Positions 24,296 to 36,020 of a stretch of 60,000 nucleotides of DNA are shown in pieces. Within the stretch, counting starts at the first letter, position 1, and every line of letters begins with the position of its first letter. The position numbers and the translations under genes are program-made. Origin of the DNA: Squalus acanthias. Its lineage: Eukaryota. The stretch covers positions 145,020,001 to 145,080,000 of the forward strand of contig CM059432.1 in assembly GCA_030390025.1 (NCBI GenBank), written 5' to 3'. The notes under the pieces are model-generated. The model had not been told where the DNA came from. It searched no databases and saw only the letters and a list, made by a program, of their open reading frames with translations.

Positions 24296-26089
24296 CTGAG
24301 TGTAAACAGAAACACAATTCATCAGTGTTCCGCTATAATCTGGATTGGGAGTTGCTCGTTAATTTACATTCGATTTCTTTCTCATACTGTTTATCTCTTA
24401 TTTTTAACCTGTCTTAAGATGCTCTAGAACTCCATCCTGCACCATTTTCAGACCAGGAACTCAAGCAGATTACCTGTTCCAGGATTACACTGTGCATTCT
24501 TCACATGGTTCTTGTACATGTGGAAGACACCGTGGAATTGTTGACACTTTGATGTCCCCTCCCTGTGGGTAAATATCCCGCTGATGGGCGAGCTGAGATT
24601 CCTGTGGGGTTTGTCCAGTGAGAGATCGATAGAATCCCTGGAGAAATGGGTTCCGCCAATTTCTGGCCAAGGTTATGGTGGGAAATTTGGGATGACCCCG
24701 TGGAAATTCAGGGCCCATGACTTTACCGCGTGAGGATCCACAAGTGGGAATCAGCGCTCCAGTTAAGGACACCAACTCTAGTTGGACGTATTCCAGGAAG
24801 TTTCATCACATGACCTCCCGCCTTCAACCATCCCCCATCCACACTCCTGCCATTGGTCGACCATCCTCGTAGCGCTCCACAAATTATGAGGGGTTTTGAT
24901 AGAGTAAATGAGGAGAAGCTGTATCTACTGGCAGGAGGGTCGGTAACCAGAGGACACAGATTTAAGATAATTGGCAAAAGAACCAGAAGGGAGATGAGGA
25001 GACATAAAATGTGGCTGTGAGGTTACATTCAGCCAGTCTCCTGAGATGAAAGACTCCTCCTCCTGCTGTTTGTAAATCTTCAGTGCGATGCGTTTGAGTG
25101 ATCGGAGCTCAGTGCAGACTGGGCACACTTGCACACAGTGCAAAACTGTTCATATTCTGAGACATGGGCACTACCAAACGCCCAGAAGACATTTGAAATG
25201 TAAAATGTATGAGTGAAAACAGTATGGGATGCCCTTGAGAGAATGGGGTTGAGGAAGGAGAGGTCCCTTTACTCAGCTTCTCACTCTGCTATCTCGGGAA
25301 TACATGAGGCTCAGCAATAAGAACAGAAAACCGGACAGTGTTCCATTCCTGAGCAGTGTCTCCGACCTCAGTACAATGAAACAAATAACAATTTTGTTTT
25401 TAAACTAAAGATGGACAAACGCACACCAGCCAACGGGAATGCAGAATTGTTATTGCCAAGACAAGGTTAGTCTCTGATTCAGATGTGGTCACGGCCTGCA
25501 ATAAATATTTCAGTCTAAAATTATGGTCTCTCTTGGATTTGCTTCCTTTTTGTACTGAACCTGTTACTTAGAAGGACTAAACTGTTAAAAATGTGGTCAT
25601 TCTGTGTCATATGGATAGGTTATAAATCTAAAAATGGGTTCATTTCTCACTATTTAAATAACATTCCTGGACTGATTGAATCAGTGATAGATAGACACAG
25701 TATAGTAGGAGCTAGAATTGACTAGAGTGCGCAATGTTCATGAGTCATTGTAACAGACATTCTAGGGGCAATAAAAATGTCAATTGTGTTTTATGTTGTT
25801 CTCGCAGAACATCTTCAGATAATTCTAATTACTGATTACGACATTGACACTTTTCTGATATTCACCCGACAGTGTAAAGAGTGACTCATTAAAGCGCAAG
25901 TCATTGGGCTGAGACTGAATAACAGGAGTCTCTCCATACTCAGCCAAACCTTTCTCTCAGTACTTACTGATCCACAACTAGTTCTGTCCACTGATCAACT
26001 AAGGCAACATCACCAACTAAACCATTTCTCCTCAGAGAGATTTGTGTTCAGCTGTGCTTCCTCGCCACAAAAGAAAGGTAACAGTGCAT

Positions 26090-26766
26090 GACCATCTCAC
26101 ACCACGAATGAGGGATTGGTGCCTGAACATCTCACACCACGAGTGAAGGATTGGTACCTGACCATCTCACACCACGAATGAGGGATTGGTGCCTGACCAT
26201 CTCACACATGAGTGAGGGATTGGTGCCTGACCATCTCACACCACGAGTGAGGGATTGGAGCCTGACCATCTCACACATGAGTGAGGGATTGGTGCCTGAC
26301 CATCTCACACCACGAGTGAGGGATTGGAGCCTGACCATCTCACACCACGAGTGAGGGATTGGTGCCTGACCATCTCACACCACGAGTGAAGGATTAGTGC
26401 CTGAACATCTCACACCACGAATGAGGGATTGGTGCCTGACCATCTCACACCACGAGTGAGGGATTGGTGCCTGACCATCTCACACCACGAGTGAGGGATT
26501 GGTGCCTGACCATCTCACACCACGAGTGAAGGATTAGTGCCTGAACATCTCACACCACGAGTGAGGGATTGGTGCCTGACCATCTCACACCACGAGTGAG
26601 GGATTGGTGCCTGACCATCTCACACCACGAGTGAAGGATTAGTGCCTGAACATCTCACACCACGAGTGAGGGATTGGTGCCTGAACATCTCACACCACGA
26701 GTGAGCGATTGGTGCCTGACCATCTCACACCACGAGTGAGCGATTGGTGCCTGAACATCTCACACC
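26090..26766. repeat. Minisatellite, 35-bp unit (gaccatctcacaccacgagtgagggattggtgcct), about 19 copies
   Basis: Direct tandem repetition in SUSD5 intron 2. Confidence 0.95.
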
Positions 26767-27204
26767 ATTCAGGTTACCTTCCCTATCACTGAACTGTACG
26801 GCTTTCTCTGGCATTAGAAATCTGTAAGTAAGTAGCTTCCACGAACACTGAAGAAAAGAATTTGTGACTATTTTCTCTAAAGAATGAGAGATGTTAGTGA
26901 TTGAGGTCACATTTGCTGCCATTGGACAGAGGCATCAATGAGATCACTATCCTCTCCATCACCAGAGAGGCACAAGTGATGCTTCTGTTGATAGGAAATC
27001 AATGGTTGGGCATGTTCATGGCTTCCTCTACCATTCAGGAGAGGTAACAGGACACGGCTGCAGTCTCCCTCCACTATTGTACCAGTGAGGAGCAGCACTG
27101 ACAATCCATTGTACGGTGTGTCATTTATTTTCACACATACTGATGGTCTGTCCGATGTAAAGAGCACACTGAAACTAGAGGAATTCAAAAGTAGAGGGCA
27201 TCAG

Positions 27205-27305
27205 TAACTGAAATCTAGAGCAATTAACTGCAATCTAGAGAGAGGTTAACTGAAATCTAGAGAGAGATTAACTGAAATCTAGAGAGAGATTAACTGAAAT
27301 CTAGG
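27205..27305. repeat. Short tandem repeat, ~22-bp unit (taactgaaatctagagagagat), 4-5 copies
   Basis: Direct repetition. Confidence 0.8.
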
Positions 27306-28109
27306 AGTGCAAGTGCAAGACATTTATAAACTAGAGGCTGCATTAGAGTGTATTTGACAATTAGATGGTGTTTTTATTGAAAGTGAGAAGGCACATTACA
27401 GAATCGACAATGCGCACAAGTGTGAAAATTAGAGGACGAGAGTAACTCAAAACTCCGGATGTGAGCAACAAAAACTAGCGTAAAAGATGAAAACCAGAGG
27501 GTGTGAATATTGACTAGAAAGTACAAGTACTGAAAAGCACAGTGGGAGCAACCAAAAACAGGAGATAAAATAATTAGAAATTAAAGGGGGCAGGTGACTG
27601 AAGGTCAGAGGCTGAAGAAAGTGGAGTGATGCCTGGGAATTGGTATTTATAATCGGCAAGGGTATTAATATACTTTAATTTAGATTGGATAGTCTAGTGT
27701 TAGACAGATATTCACTTAGATGGGTTCCTGATACTGGACTAAGAGGTCCTGGGGCACTGGTAGGAATCAGTCAGGTTATTGCAGTCACTCACCAGGGCAA
27801 ACCAAACTTTTCCAAGAGGTAATGATCTTTTTCGTTTGACACTTCATTTATTTCTACTGAAAGTGGCATTGTGGGATTGGGAAGCAGAGGTTATTCAGAC
27901 ATTCAAGAATTCCAAGTTCTTGGATCTCCTCCAGATCCTTAACCAGTTGACTAGATCTGGATTGGCTCCTCCTTCACCTCTTGTCATTTCCCCCCAACCA
28001 CCACAGATGTGTGAAAGGTTTGGGCTGAAGCCTTGAACCAGTGGTCGCTTGGAGTCAGGATGACTGCTGGCTGATGCCGGTTCCCCCGTTATTTGAGGGT
28101 AGTCCTTAC

Positions 28110-28287
28110 CCGATCCGGTTGCCTGCGATCCAGCCGGCGGTGCATTCCGTGAACGCGCATTCCTCCACCGCTCGCTGCAGCTCTTCGGCCGTGGCCAGAC
28201 GTGCTCCCTGCTCTGTGCACAAGCCTCGGGCCGCGGTCACGTCCCATTGCGCGGTCCCGTTCTTTGGCCGGAGCACGAACATCTTCC
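28110..28287 (-). CDS. SUSD5: SUSD5 exon 2: Link (Xlink)-like module
   Basis: 178 nt, cag acceptor and gtaagg donor. GKMFVLRPKNGTAQWDVTAARGLCTEQGARLATAEELQRAVEECAFTECTAGWIAGNRIG has the Link pattern A..C...GA.LAT..EL..A....F..C..GW. Confidence 0.93.
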
Positions 28288-28454
28288 CTGGGACAAGAGA
28301 AATAAATAAGACTCTGCCTCGTATCTCAGCTCCAGGAGCAACATAGGTGTAAAGTCCTGGAACTGCATCCACTTTTGTTCATTTCACAATAATCCAGTTT
28401 TCATTGACTTTGATTCTTTTGGTTGAGAATTACGCCCATCATGTGACCTCTACA

Positions 28455-28965
28455 CTGTTCTAATGAAGCTCAATGGCAGCTCGAGGAACAGCACCTCATC
28501 TTTTGATTAGGCACTTTACAGCCTTCTGGACTCAACATCGAGTTCAACAATTTCAGATCATAACCACTGCTCCCATTTTTTTGGGCAGCATGTGTTGGTA
28601 ATGATTCTGCTATTGCCATTTACACCTCCTCTAGACCCATCTTTTGTTTCTTGACTTGTCCTATTACAGTACCACCCCTTTTCGCCTTGCACCATCATCC
28701 CATTTGTCATTTAATCTCTCCTGCCTTCCATCCTATCACAGACCTTCCCTTTTGTTCTTTCCTCCCTCCCCCCCCCCCCTTTCCCTGCCTCTGCATTTGC
28801 TTAAAACCTGTTACATCTCTAACTTTTTCCAGTTCTGGTGAAAGGTCATCGATCTGAAACGTTAACTCTGTTTCTCTCTCCACAGATGCTGCCTGACCTG
28901 CTGAGTATTTCCAGCATTTTCTGTTTTTATTTCAGTTTTCCAGCATCCGCAGTATTTTGCTTTTG
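28455..28965 (+). mobile_element. PLE 3' fragment: end of GIY-YIG ORF, 3' UTR, mutated hammerhead (28831-28867) and tail
   Basis: Encodes ...EEQHLIF*LGTLQPSGLNIEFNNFRS*; hammerhead core reads CTGGTGA...GAAA. Confidence 0.88.
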
Positions 28966-29547
28966 GCCGCTACTCTAACCCTCTCAGTCAGGTGACCTTC
29001 ACTCCAACCCTTTCACTCCATCCCCGTGTAGCCTTATTACAAATGTTGAGCTTTATCTGTTGAAATTATTTCACTCTCTTCACCCTCCCCCGCCCTCAGT
29101 TCTATAGGGAGAGATTCTATTTATGAAAGAGCGCAAGATGGCTTTTCGTTTAACAGAAACTCAGAATTTACAACAGAGAAACAGGCCGTTCAGCCCAACC
29201 AGTCTGTACTGCACAGGAGCAGTGTCCTAATCCCTGTTCCCATATCCCTTTATTCCCTTTTCATTCAGCCACCTGTCTAACCTGTTTTTAATGTTGGCAT
29301 GGTCTCTGCTTCAATCACTAACTCTGGGAGTGATTCCACAGCCTCACAACACTATTGTAAAGAAAGTCTATCCTGCTATCTCTCCCCAAAATCTTAATTT
29401 AATCTCATATCTACGTCCCCTCATTCTGGGCCCCTCAACAATTGGACTAATTAAACATATTGGATAAATAATCACATTTGCCTTTTCAATTTTTATTTTA
29501 AAATAATAGATATTTTCCATACTTTACACAATATTGTGGATCAGAAG

Positions 29548-29945
29548 GTCATGGGTTAAAGGTCAACTCCAGAGACTTTAGCACAAAATCTAGGCAGGCA
29601 GTCCAGTGCAGTACTGAACAAGTGCTGCATTGTCGGCGGTGCCATCTTTTGGATGAGATGTTAAACCGAGGCCCCGTCTGCCAAGATCCCATAACACTAT
29701 TCAAAGAAGGGCAGGGGAGTTCTCCCCGGTGTCCTGGCCAATATTTATCCCTCAACCAACATCACTAAAAAACAGATTATCTGGTCATGATCACATTGCT
29801 GTTTGTGGGAGCTTGATATGTGCAAATTGGTTGCCGTGTTTCCTACATTACAACAGTGACTACACGTCTCATTGGCTGTAAAGCACGTTGGGACATCCTG
29901 AGGTTGTGAAAGGTGCTATAGAAATGCTAGTCGTTCTTTCTTTCT
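29548..29945 (+). mobile_element. Deu-domain SINE (SacSINE1-like)
   Basis: Degenerate tRNA-like head, Deu-like core (ggatgagatgttaaaccgaggccccgtctgc...gtgtcctggccaatatttatccctcaacc) and ttct tail. Confidence 0.82.
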
Positions 29946-30117
29946 ATTTCACAAATGTAGGTTTTTTTTACAAGCTATCTATATATTTAAGTTTTTTTTG
30001 CAAATTGGATTTCAAAATAAAATGATAGCTCAGAACAGGCATCAAATATGCAATAAATGTAAATCTTTAAGTCGATAGAACATACAAGGGTGTGAAGCAA
30101 ACTCATTAATGATCAGA

Positions 30118-30298
30118 TACAGTAGCAAAATACTGCGGATGCTGGAAATCTGAAATAACAACAGAAAATGCTGGAAATACTCAGCAGGCCAGGCAGCATC
30201 CGTGGAGAGAGAAACAGAGTTAACGTTTCAGGTCTGTGACCCTTCGTCAGAACTTTGATGCTGCCTGGCCTGCTGAGTATTTCCAGCATTTTCTGTTG
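30118..30298 (-). mobile_element. 181-bp fold-back PLE terminal-repeat element with intact hammerhead and 15-bp TSD
   Basis: TSD tcattaatgatcaga at 30103-30117 and 30299-30313; a ~43-bp perfect inverted repeat encloses the ribozyme. Confidence 0.9.
30218..30254 (-). ncRNA. Minimal type I hammerhead ribozyme, intact core
   Basis: AGTT-CTGACGA-aGGGTC aca GACCT-GAAA-CGTT-AACT. Confidence 0.8.
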
Positions 30299-30569
30299 TC
30301 ATTAATGATCAGAGTCTGTGCAAGATCAGGTCATGACACTTCATGTTCCTCATTAACCCATTTTGATCTCAGAAACATTTTGCAATTCAATAAATAATTT
30401 GGACTCAGCACAATACAATTTGGTTCTGATCAGAAAGATTCACAAATCAATGCCTAGCTTGTAATTGGGTCTAAGTCTCTTAGCAACTAAAATCAAAATC
30501 AAAAAAGTGTACATTAAATTATAGCCATTTTATTACAATACAAATTTCTTCAGAAAGATGGACCTACAC

Positions 30570-31435
30570 AGTGATACCTGGGCTAAAAGGGTTAAATTAT
30601 GAGGACAGGCTGCATAGACTAGTCTTGTATTCCCTCGAATGTAGAAGATTAAGGGGGTGATCTAATTGAGGTGTTTAAGATGATTAAAATGAGTCGATAG
30701 GGTAGATAGAGAGAAATTATTTCCTCTGGTGGGAGAGTCCAGAACAAGAGGGCATAACCTTAAAATTAGAGCGAGGCCGTTCAGGGGTGATGTCAGGGAA
30801 CACTTCTTCACACAAAGGGTAGTGGAAATCTGGAACTCTCTCTCCCAAAAAGCTGATGAGACTGGAGGTCAATTGAAAATTTCAAAGCTGAGCTTGATAG
30901 ATTTTTGTTGGGTAAGGGTATTAAGGGTTACGGACCCAAGGCAGGTACATGGAGTTAAGACACAGATCGGCCATGATCTCATTGAATGGCGGAACAGGCT
31001 CAAAGGGCTGACTGACCCACTGTTCCTCTGGTCTAAACTATACTCATGGATCCGAATCCTATTAAATAGGCATAGGCCTTGCAGAGGGTGCAGAAAAGAT
31101 TTACTGGAATGGTACCAAGGATGAGGGAATTCAGTTATGTGGGGAGACCGGGATTGTTCACCTTAGAGCAGAGAAGATTAAGGGGAGATTTAATAGATGT
31201 GTTCAAAATTATGAAGGGTTTTGAAAGAGTGGATAAGGAGAAACTGTTTCCAGTGGCAGGAGGGTCCTTAACCAGAGGACACAGATTTAAGATTATTGGT
31301 AAAAGAACCAGAGGGGAGATTAGTCTTTTTTTTTCAATGCAGCGAGTTGTGATCTGGAATTCACTGCCTGAAAGGGCGGTGGAAGCAGATTCAATAATAA
31401 CTTTCAAAAGAGAATTGGATAGGTCGAAAGGAAAA
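30570..31435 (+). mobile_element. Two adjacent CR1 LINE 3' fragments
   Basis: ESRTRGHNLKI...FFTQRVVEIWNSL and LEQRRLRGDLIDVFKIMKG...TRGHRFKI motifs. Confidence 0.85.
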
Positions 31436-31651
31436 AATTGCACGTTCTAGAATTCTCTCTCTAAAGTGACCGCCAATCTTATTCGACACTCTCCTGCAGC
31501 CAAGCTCCGTCTGTGCAACTTATCAGAAAATTACTTTTGAAAACAATTTAATTTGACACAAATCACAGCGAGAAATGACAGTTTCCAATGAATGAGACGG
31601 CGCTTGCTGCTGGCAAACTCTCATTATCAGAGGTTCTGTGACTGGACTGAC

Positions 31652-31736
31652 CGTGTGCTCGGACCAGGACACCGTTGATGATGAGAAGACAAGCGATCCT
31701 GAGCAGGAGGGAGTGTGAGTGAGAGCCTGGAGCCAT
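31652..31736 (-). CDS. SUSD5: SUSD5 exon 1 coding part: signal peptide
   Basis: GCGATGG Kozak context; MAPGSHSHSLLLRIACLLIINGVLVRAH followed by a phase-1 gtcagt donor, in frame with exon 2. Confidence 0.85.
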
Positions 31737-32400
31737 CGCCGGGACACTGGCACGGTGGAGACCGACAAAAGAGAACGGATCGGACCGGGCTGGACAGGGT
31801 AGACCGAGCCACAGACACACAGACACAGACAGACAGACAGAGAGCGAGAGAGGAGGTAAATACTCCACCGAATCCACACACACGGCAGGCGAGCACCGGG
31901 GTCCCCAGGGGAGAAATCTACTGCGAGCGGACGAGAAGTTTCGGCGGCGGTTTTATCCACACGACATTGTGCAGGGAGGGCAAATATTGGAGCGATGTGA
32001 AAACTCGCACCGGTCCGTCAATAAACAGGCGATGGATCGTGCGAGGAAGTGAAGGAAAAGCGAGCAGATAAAATCCCGAAACTTGTAATCCCGTTAGCTG
32101 AGCAAACCCATCTCAGGAACACCCAGCGCTGGGAATCCGGTCCACTTTATTCCCAGCGTCATTTCATTTCCGTTTCGTTCCCATGTTTTTTTTTTCCGCG
32201 GTCTCTCCGAGTTCAGTTCACGGAATTTCCAAATACCTGGAATCTTGAAGGAGCTCAGACTGGGGATTTAGGGATGTACAGAGTGTCCGTCAGTCCCGGG
32301 GGTTCGGGAGAGCCCGTCACAACATCAACAACTTGCACATGTATAAGAGCACCTTGAATATAGGCGCCCGGGGACAATATCTGCGCTTCTGCTCCGCTCT
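31737..32400 (-). promoter_or_regulatory. CpG-rich 5' UTR/promoter region of SUSD5
   Basis: Visibly elevated CpG density immediately upstream of the ATG; contains a (GACA)n/(GA)n tract at about 31811-31850. Confidence 0.55.
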
Positions 32401-33079
32401 GGGTCTCTATAAAGCCAACACTGCAAGCGATGGATTCTGATAAATAAATGCATTAAAACATCAACAAACACGGTTCACATATACCCTGATGCCGTTCTCC
32501 ACTCTGGGATGTTTACAGTTATTTAAATCCATTATAAAAATAAATGGATTTCTGAAATTCTTCCACCTCTGTTTGTAGTTTCTCAATCTCACTGCAATAA
32601 ACAGGAATGGTCAGAAAATGAGCAATAACGGACAAACAGGTCGTTTGTCGAAAAGGTTATTTTTAAATCGCCTTATTCCGTTTTGAAACGAACCTCATTC
32701 TGTGGTTGCTGCTTTCTGGGCCGCCAATATCAGCAGGCAACGAAATAAATCAGCAGCCAGACAGACTGGGCCGTGTGTTTCACTTGGTATTGGTAAATAG
32801 GCGAAGGAATAACAGGAATCTCCCGTCACAGGGCAGAGCGCTCGGGGATTCGGGATTCAATGGCGTCTCCTCACAGAAGGTGACATAACAAATAAATAAT
32901 CCCGAGTTCAGCGCGTTATTAGACATGGTCCCACTTTCGGGATTTCTCCGGAGAAATCGAAAGAATGGTTAGACCCGTGTATAAATTCCCCAATAATAAC
33001 TCTCTCAAACTAAATGCGAGACCATAGCGGTTGAGATCCCTCTTTGGACCATGAATACAGGGGAGAGAGTACAGGGTTA

Positions 33080-33322
33080 AAAACTGAAAACGCTCCGCAG
33101 GCCAGGCAGCATCTGTGGAATGAGAAACAGAGTTAAACGTTTCAGGTCGATGACCTTTCCTCAGGTAACCTAGTCCGAGCAAGGCGAATGAGTCTGAAGG
33201 CAGTTCTGACGAAAGGTCATCGACCTGAAACGTTTAACTCTGTTTTTTCTTTGCACTGCTGAGTATTTCCAGCATTTTCTGTTTTTTTTTAATTTCAGAT
33301 TCCAGCATCCGCAGTATTTTGC
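33080..33322. mobile_element. Fold-back PLE terminal-repeat element with two oppositely oriented hammerhead motifs
   Basis: Minus motif 33131-33164 (CTGAGGA...GAAA) and plus motif 33202-33239 (CTGACGA-aaggtcatcgacct-GAAA), followed by the PLE tail. Confidence 0.8.
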
Positions 33323-33704
33323 TTGTGCACGGGTGCGGGGTATGTGAGTACACGCTGTCTCCGTATGATGATCCATCACTGAGCGAAACTAACAGCGCTC
33401 GGGCGAAAGGCGGCTCTCCCGTTCCGCTGACCTTTTATGGAATAAGATGCATTGGTCAGGAGATGTCAGGACTCTGGGAGGAGTGAGACTCTTGTGGTAT
33501 TTTCTGCAACTAACCCATGCGGGGCTCTTTCAGAGAACAGCGGATATTCTGCATTTTGTATTTGATTCGGGCTGTCTGCGGGTCGGTCACAGACTCTCTG
33601 GGGCCGGAGTCTGGCCAGGGGTGCCGTGAGCTATAGATTGAAACCATTTTACTGATTATATCTTCACCGACCTTGTAGCATCTTAGGAGGCAGGCCACAG
33701 GTTC

Positions 33705-33890
33705 TTCCCGGTGTCCTGGGGCCAACATGACACAAACAGATTATCTGGTCGCTCTCTGTGCCAAATTGGTTGCTGCATTTCCTACATTACAACAATGACC
33801 ACACTTCAAAAGTACTTCATTGGCTGTGAAGCCTTTGGGATCTCTTATGGGTGTGAAATATGCTATATAAATGAAAGTTCTTTCTTTCTA
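33705..33890 (+). mobile_element. Deu-domain SINE 3' fragment
   Basis: Homology to 29720-29945. Confidence 0.7.
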
Positions 33891-33987
33891 AATCACCATG
33901 TCCCAAGCCATTCTACACGGTTCTTCCCGTCAAGCTCTCAGACACTTGCCACCAGGTGCCAACTTTCATACTGTTGGTCTTTTAAGA

Positions 33988-34176
33988 CAGTCCATAATAC
34001 CTGGGGCCGAGCCAGTCCATAATACCTGGGGCCGAGCCAGTCCATAATACCTGGGGCCGAGCCAGTCCATAATACCTGGGGCCGAGCCAGTCCATAATAC
34101 CTGGGGCTGAGCCAGTCCATAATACCTGGGGCTGAGCCAGTCCATAATACCTGGGGCCGAGCCAGTCCATAATACA
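33988..34176. repeat. Minisatellite, 25-bp unit (ccataatacctggggccgagccagt), block 1
   Basis: About 7.5 direct copies. Confidence 0.95.
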
Positions 34177-34533
34177 TTCATGTCACGCTACATGTAACCC
34201 CACCTGACGTAGAGTCATCCAGACTCGAGTCGTCGTTGGCTTGTTCTCTCTACACAGATGCGGCCGCGCCGGACCTGCTGTGATTTCCAGCAAAAAAAGT
34301 TTTTTGTTTTCCATACAGACCCCAGCATCTGCCACATTTGACCCCTTGTGACCCCACCTCATTGTCTTTGATGTAATGTTTTCCTGACTGACCTGTTTGG
34401 ACACCATCCACACCTTTGATTGCCGTAATTATCTCTCTGCCGAGGTGTGATTAGGGCAGTTAGAAAGATTAACTGTAATCATCTGGCAGTGTTCTCTGAC
34501 TATATATGCTGTGCCTATATGCATCTCTTCACT

Positions 34534-34570
34534 TCACCTGACGAAGGAGCAGCGCTCTGAAAGCTTGTGA
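34534..34570 (+). ncRNA. Minimal hammerhead ribozyme, second family
   Basis: TCAC-CTGACGA-aGGAGC agc GCTCT-GAAA-GCTT-GTGA. Confidence 0.75.
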
Positions 34571-34618
34571 TTTCAAATAAAGCTGTTGGACTATAACCTG
34601 GTGTTGTGCGACTTCTCA

Positions 34619-34834
34619 CATAATACCTGGGGCCGAGCTAGTCCATAATACCTGGGGCCGAGCCAGTCCATAATACCTGGGGCTGAGCCAGTCCATAATA
34701 CCTGGGGCCGAGCCAGTCCATAATACCTGGGGCCGAGCCAGTCCATAATACCTAGGGCTGAGCCAGTCCATAATACCTGGGGCTGAGCCAGTCCATAATA
34801 CTTGGGGCCGAGCCAGTCCATAATACCTGGGGCT
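34619..34834. repeat. Minisatellite, same 25-bp unit, block 2
   Basis: About 8.5 direct copies. Confidence 0.95.
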
Positions 34835-35119
34835 ACTAATTCCACAGAGTAGGTCAGACCATTTGGCCAAGTGTGACTCTGTCCCAGGTAATAGTGCAAG
34901 TATTGTAATATCAGACTGCTGTTATCATATAGTGACATACAGAAAGCGGATACTGGAAGTACACGAGGAAAGAAAAGGAGGTAATTTGGTCAGAGCAAGG
35001 TGAATGGGTCTGACGGCAGGGGCTTTGAATATCTTCGCAGAATGCAGGTTCAGGAAACTAGATACACATTATGAGACTATTGATGCAGTGACAGTGGATA
35101 AACTCAGTGGGAAGACAGA

Positions 35120-36020
35120 GACTGGAGGAGCAGAGAGACCTAGGGGCCAACACATAATGCCATGAAACTGTAAGTGCAGGCAGATAGAGTTACAAAAAGG
35201 CAATCAGCATTTTGGGTTTTAAAAATAGGAGCTTAAAGCAGTAATGATAAATTTGTATAAAGCATTGGTTAGACCACAGTTAGAGTCTGTGTGCAGTTTT
35301 GGATGCCTCATTATAGAAAAGACTTTAAAGCCATAGACAGCATACAGCGTAGATTCACCAGGATGGGAAACTATAGTGATGAGGAGAGACTTAAGATCCT
35401 GGGACCTTTTCCAATCAGTGCAGAGATTATTTAATTGAGATTTTTTTTTAAATTATGGGGAATGACTTTCCTTCAGTTGGGGTATTAGTGATGAGAAGCC
35501 ATGAATATAAAATTATCACTAAGCGAGTGATTAGGAAAAAATTCTTTACACAGAGGGTTGTTGAAGCACGGAATCCATTACCACAGGGTGTGGTTGAAGC
35601 AGAGACCATTGCATTTTAAAAAGGAAAATGGGATAAATATTTGACTATTTAAATAAATGCTTTGTTCTCTATCTATATATGTTTTGGCGATTCTGTATCT
35701 AATTTACTTCACCTGAGGAAGGAGCAATCGATAGCTCCGAAAGCTTGTGATTTCAAATAAAACTGTTGGACTATAACCTGGTGTTGTGCGACCTCTCAAT
35801 TTTGTCCACCCCAGTCCAACACCGGCATCTCCGCATCATAAATATTTGAAGCAGAGGAAGATACAAGGCTATCGGGAGAGCGTGGGGTAGTGGGATTAGT
35901 TTGGGATTGATACAGGGCTATGTGGAGAGCGTGGGGCAATGGGATTAGTTTGGGATTGAGAAAGAGCTATAGGGAGAGTGGGGCAGTGAGATAGTTTGGG
36001 ATTGAGACAGGGCTATGGGG
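35120..36020 (+). mobile_element. Degenerate CR1 LINE 3' part, interrupted by a nested insertion; 3' UTR tandemly repeated (about 35860-36020)
   Basis: ttgtataaagcattggttagaccacagttagag..tgtgtgcagttttgg corresponds to the LYK.LVRP.LE.C.QFW motif. Confidence 0.7.
35645..35837 (+). mobile_element. Hammerhead-bearing short element (second family) with 12-bp TSD
   Basis: TSD ataaatatttga at 35633-35644 and 35838-35849. Ribozyme at 35709-35750: TCAC-CTGAGGA-aGGAGC..GCTCC-GAAA-GCTT-GTGA. Confidence 0.8.

Noticed and set aside
26090..26766. 35-bp repeats (and the 25-bp repeats at 34 kb) as a CRISPR-like array
   Set aside because: Units are directly adjacent with no unique spacers, and the context is a vertebrate intron or intergenic region; these are ordinary minisatellites.
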